From assembly GCA_013239625.1 (NCBI GenBank), contig MU055574.1, positions 26,445,373 to 26,509,372 of the forward strand: a stretch of 64,000 bases of DNA, read 5' to 3'. The notes beneath the pieces are model-generated. The model saw only the letters and a list, made by a program, of their open reading frames with translations, was not told where the DNA came from and ran no database searches. Each line of letters starts with the position of its first letter. Position 1 is the stretch's first letter. This stretch comes from Lama guanicoe. Taxonomy: Eukaryota. This document shows, piece after piece, positions 60,011 through 64,000 of this stretch. Position numbers and translations under genes: made by a program.

Positions 60011-63000
60011 AAATCGGTCAGAATCATCCACATTAGGGGGGCCTGCTGAGCCGCAGGTCGGCCTCACCTGCCTGGACGTCTCCTGGTTCTGCGGTCAGGT
60101 GGAGATGTCGCCGAAGGTCGTCTGCGTTACAGTTTCAATACCCACTGTTACATAAATGCTGTTTCCTTGTGATTTTCTGGAATAAGCAGTTTCTAGGAGA
60201 CACTTCATAATTTTGATCTATATTTGAGTAGATGGTTCAAGTTTTTTCCCCCAGTCACTCTCTATATTTATATTTTCTGATGGGGAATAATAAATTTAGA
60301 AACCTGAGACCAGGAAGAAGCCACAAATATAAAATTTCACGCTAAGCACTGTAAGCCGGTTCCCTTTCCTTGTGTCCCCATGCAAGATGACTCAAAAGCA
60401 CAAGTTGTGTTATGAACCCGTGCCAAGGACAGGGCACAGACAGGCAGAGAGTGGCCCCAACACAGAGTTTCGAGAGGGGATGATCATGAATTGGACCTCC
60501 TGGTGCTGGAGGGGTCCGCATGCCGTGCAGGCGGGGGCCCAGGCCAAGCGTGGAGGGTGTAGGATCAGGGAGGAGAGGGGCCAGAGCCAGCCTGGTCGCT
60601 GATTAACAGCGGGGAGCGCCGGGGGGAGCTATCGGGTTAAGCGTGGCTCAGGCTGACTGCCAGCGGCTGTGTTAGGCCCGGCATGGGGAGCTCTCTCCCC
60701 CTTTCTTGACGGCCGATGAGGGTTTGCCCACCTGCCGTCAGTCTGCAGGCTGAGGGCCCGCTGCCTGCCTGCAGGGCCCGTGTGTCTCACCGGCCATGTG
60801 AGCACGAAATCGAATTTCTGCCTGGCAGGGGGTCTGCTATCTGATGGGCAACCAGACCATCAAGGGATGGTCACTGCTTTTTCTTGTTCGAATAAGTTAG
60901 AATAAACACGACTGAAAAGACGGGATGGCGTCAGCACAGCCTCAGCTGTGTCACTCGAGGCTTCAAAGGCGCTGGTTCTGCTTCTCGAGCTCGCTGTCCC
61001 CGCCAGGCGTGGGTGTCTCTCAGTGCTCCTCTCAAGGGGCACGCGGTGCCGTGTGACTGTGCGTTCTCACGTCAGCGGCAGTGCTGGACTCTTCAGGCAT
61101 CCCCAGCCCAGGCTGGGAGCAAACCCAGGGGGGCCGTGCCGTGGGGCTGCCTCCAGGCTGCTCCAAGGTCGAAGGTTCAGAATGGGCGGCAGTGACGTGG
61201 CCTCCCGTCCCCACGTGGAGGACACCGGCGTCGACCCGAGCCTCTGCAGGACCCTGCACGGAGTTCACAGCAGCAGCTCGACTTCCCAGCACGGCAGGGC
61301 ACCCGGGCTTCCCCGAGCCGTGCTCCGACGTTGTCACAGACGAGGTGTCCCCTAGAGTGTCTGGGGCTGCCCGCGTCCCTGGGAGTCCCGTCCTGGTTCT
61401 GCCTGCTCGGTCAGGAGCTGGGCCCTTTGCTTGTCCTTTCACAGCTCACTTTTCCCGGGCAGTCGTCTGTGAAGGTGTCACTTGTGGCCCACGGACGCTG
61501 ACCCAGAGTCTGAAATGAGGTCTATGGGTCGTGAGCAGGTGCCCGGGCGCCCCGAATTTAGTGCACATCAGCACCGGTGAGCGCAGGGCTGCCCCTCAGC
61601 CAGCTCCCCCGGTGGGCTGTCGGCTCCCAGCCACCTGTGCAGCCCCAGGTGGGAGAGGAGACCCGGGTGGGAGAAAGGGTCCCTTTACCTGCCGATCTCA
61701 TCCCGGCGACCGTGGTTCCACTGCCATCCACACTGAACCAACTGCATCTCAAGAGTACGAGTTAATGGCTTTGGATAAAACATGAGCGCTTAACTGTTGG
61801 CCGGATTGTGTCCGAGACGCTTTCATTTCAAAAACAACACTTTGAAAAGACATATTAAGTTTGCGTGAGTGGGGTGTTAAGTTCTCTGGTATCAAAGCAG
61901 CTATTGAGGGAGTGAGGGGCCGGAGGAGCTGGAGGTGACCTGGCTGGTTCCAGCCGGGCTGGACCCGACCCTCTAGGCTGGGCCCCGGGTCCCTGGGGCG
62001 AGCGGAGGGGCGCCGGGGAAGCATTCCTGGGGCGAGAAATCCCATTCTTTCATTTCTATGGTGGGAAAAGAAGAAATAATGAAAAGTAAGGCTCAGAAGT
62101 GATCCCTCTGAAGTAAACACGCTCTCCCACCCCTCTCTCAGCGCGCGAGCAGGGCACCAGGGCAGCAGGGGAGGGTGAGGCGTCAAAGGAACCTTGTTCA
62201 CCTGCTGAGAGTCGGCGGCCTCGGACCCCAGTGTCCCCCCCAACCCCGCGCCCCGCCCCTGCTGGCTCCAACGTGTCGCCCGCATTTTCGCAGAATCTTT
62301 CTGGACCCCTGAGACCACGTCTGTTGCCCTGGGAGGCAGGTTCTCACAGCCGCCATGCACCCGATTGGGTGGTCGGTGTCCCCATGAGATGGGGCCGTCC
62401 TCGGGGTGACATGGGATTCCCCGTGTCACCCACACCCAGCGCCCAGACCCAAGGGGCCTCTGTAAAGCACCGTGAAGGGGGCCGGGCTGGGGCTGTTCCC
62501 AGGCTATTCGCCTGGGCCGGGGTCGGAAGCCCGTGGGCAGACCGGTCGGGAGTTGTCACCGGTTTTGGAGTCCCTGCCGTGCAGCCGCCAGCAGCCCCCA
62601 CAGGCCCTGCCCACCCGGCGTCAGGGCCGCACCTCGTCCTCGTGGGCTCTGTGGGGCCGGTGCCCAGCTCACTCTCTGTTGTTTTAACACGGAGACAGCC
62701 TCCATGAGTTAGCCTCGTGGGTTAGACTGAGCGACATGTCCATCTGGAATGCTGAGGGCCTCCCCGACTCGCACGCCCTCCCGAGGTGGGGGAGGCCCCC
62801 CCGCGGCCCTCCTCAGCCCCCGCCCCGCCCCGCGCCGCACCCGTCCTGGTCCTGGGCTCGGCCGCTGTGCGAGGTGCTTCAGGAACGAGGTGGGGAGGGA
62901 GGGCTGTGTGTAGCTTTCTTCTTCCTACAGGCCGGGAAGGTGACATTTAATTGTTGCATAGGTCACCAGAGGTCATACCTCCTGAGCGGTGTCCTATGAT

Positions 63001-63084
63001 GCCTGGTGTCCCGGGTACCTGGGGCCGAGGATGGGAGAACCCGGAGGAGACACCCACTCTTCTCTCTTCCCTCCCTCCCCGCAG

Positions 63085-63167
63085 GTACGAGCAGCCGAAG
63101 TGCGACAATACGGCCAGGGCCCATCCAGCCAGGACGCGGGATCTGTACAAGGGCCGCCAGCTCCAGG
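63085..63167 (+). CDS. SMOC2: SMOC2 exon 9, end of TY domain 2 and linker (YEQPKCDNTARAHPARTRDLYKGRQLQG)
   Basis: Acceptor cttccctccctccccgcag|G, donor CAGG|gtgagt; 83 nt, phase 2 to 1; inside ORF 62951..63310. Confidence 0.97.
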
Positions 63168-64000
63168 GTGAGTGGCACGGGGGGCTGCCCGGGTGCGCCG
63201 GCCACCTCTCTGAGCTTTCTTGCACATTTTGGATCAAGGAAGGATGTCAAGTGAATTTAACTGCAAAGAACTATTTTAAATTCACAGAGGCAGTGAGTTT
63301 AGTCTTATGATTATTAAAAATACCCGCACAGAAGTGTCTTCAGGATGGTCTCCTCCATCAAAAAACCCGTTAAGTGGTTTACGGTCCAACAGAAATGATC
63401 ACTTTGACAGTTAACCCTAAGGCCTTGCCTGGACCCACGTCTTCCGGGAGTTTACGTGGGGCTGAAGGTGTCGGCGTGGTCTGAGCCATGCACCGCCGCT
63501 GACCCCTCAGTGTTCGGCCATGAGGTTCACCTGATGAAATAGGGGAGTTTAGAGACAGGATTCCTGCAGCACGTGGTGGATTCGGTGGCATCCGTACGAT
63601 GTGTCAAAGCTAGTTGCTATTTTGTTTTATTTCGATCCTTTTTTTTCTCCTTTAAATGCCTCCGGATTGTGTATATTTATTTAGCCAAAGCCTCAACGAC
63701 CATGAAAATCATTCTCTAATGGCCTTGCTTTAGAGCATGTGTGGGATCTTGGTCTTAGACAAAATCTGGGTAAATTCCTGTTTAGAGACACTTTGTGGTC
63801 CTTGCATTGTTAGCGCTGCCACTGATGAAAGGGGTTTCCCGTTCTGCAATGTAAAGCTGTTTCAGCAAAGGTGGAGGCGGCTAGACCATCCCTGGGACAC
63901 CTCAACACCCATCCAGCGTCTCTTGCCTTTGAAGTCAGGTTTTAACACTGGTGGACAATATTTTTTCTAACAGGAAGGAATGGATTTAGCAACTGCTTGG

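Larger units (their letters stand above)
1..64000 (+). other. SMOC2: Interior of the SMOC2 transcription unit (late intron 1 to early intron 9); no start or stop codon in the window
   Basis: Eight exons of 172, 107, 100, 48, 51(84), 75, 187 and 83 nt join in frame to FLRVDQDKDKDCSLDC...YKGRQLQ(G), matching mammalian SMOC2 as I recall it. Introns: 6571, 1065, 13069, 2845, 1551, 26602 and 5769 nt, all GT-AG. Confidence 0.97.

Noticed and set aside
57316-63084. A young L1 insertion like the canine brachycephaly SMOC2 allele
   Set aside because: No young L1 is visible in this intron; only an MLT1 remnant and unique sequence.
1-64000. CRISPR array, operon, nested gene, retrocopy or other novel system
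   Set aside because: No regularly spaced repeats, no second coherent exon chain on either strand and no RNA gene that I can recognise; the window is explained by SMOC2 plus ordinary repeats. Small ncRNAs cannot be excluded without an Rfam/Infernal search.

Overview
Mammalian genomic DNA, GC- and CpG-rich, covering the interior of SMOC2 (SPARC-related modular calcium-binding protein 2) on the + strand. Eight internal coding exons (exons 2-9 by the human numbering as I recall it) splice with canonical GT-AG junctions into an open 823-nt CDS segment: a Kazal/follistatin-like domain, thyroglobulin type-1 domain 1, a linker, thyroglobulin type-1 domain 2 and the start of the region before the EF-hand EC domain. 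Exon 1 lies upstream and the EC-domain exons lie downstream of the window. Exon 6 has two in-frame acceptors 33 nt apart (+/- VSLQIFSVLNS). Short tRNA-derived SINEs resembling camelid Vic-1 and artiodactyl-type L1 tails suggest a camelid genome (inference). The introns hold old L1, L2, MIR, MLT1 and MER5A remnants, all assigned from remembered consensus sequences, so boundaries are approximate. I found no evidence of a new gene or a new biological system; nearly all six-frame ORFs are GC-rich noise. Best leads: TCF/LEF and RUNX motif clusters as candidate intronic enhancers, two candidate poison pseudo-exons, and localized AT-to-GC rewriting of old L1 copies with an exon-level GC3 mosaic, consistent with GC-biased gene conversion.
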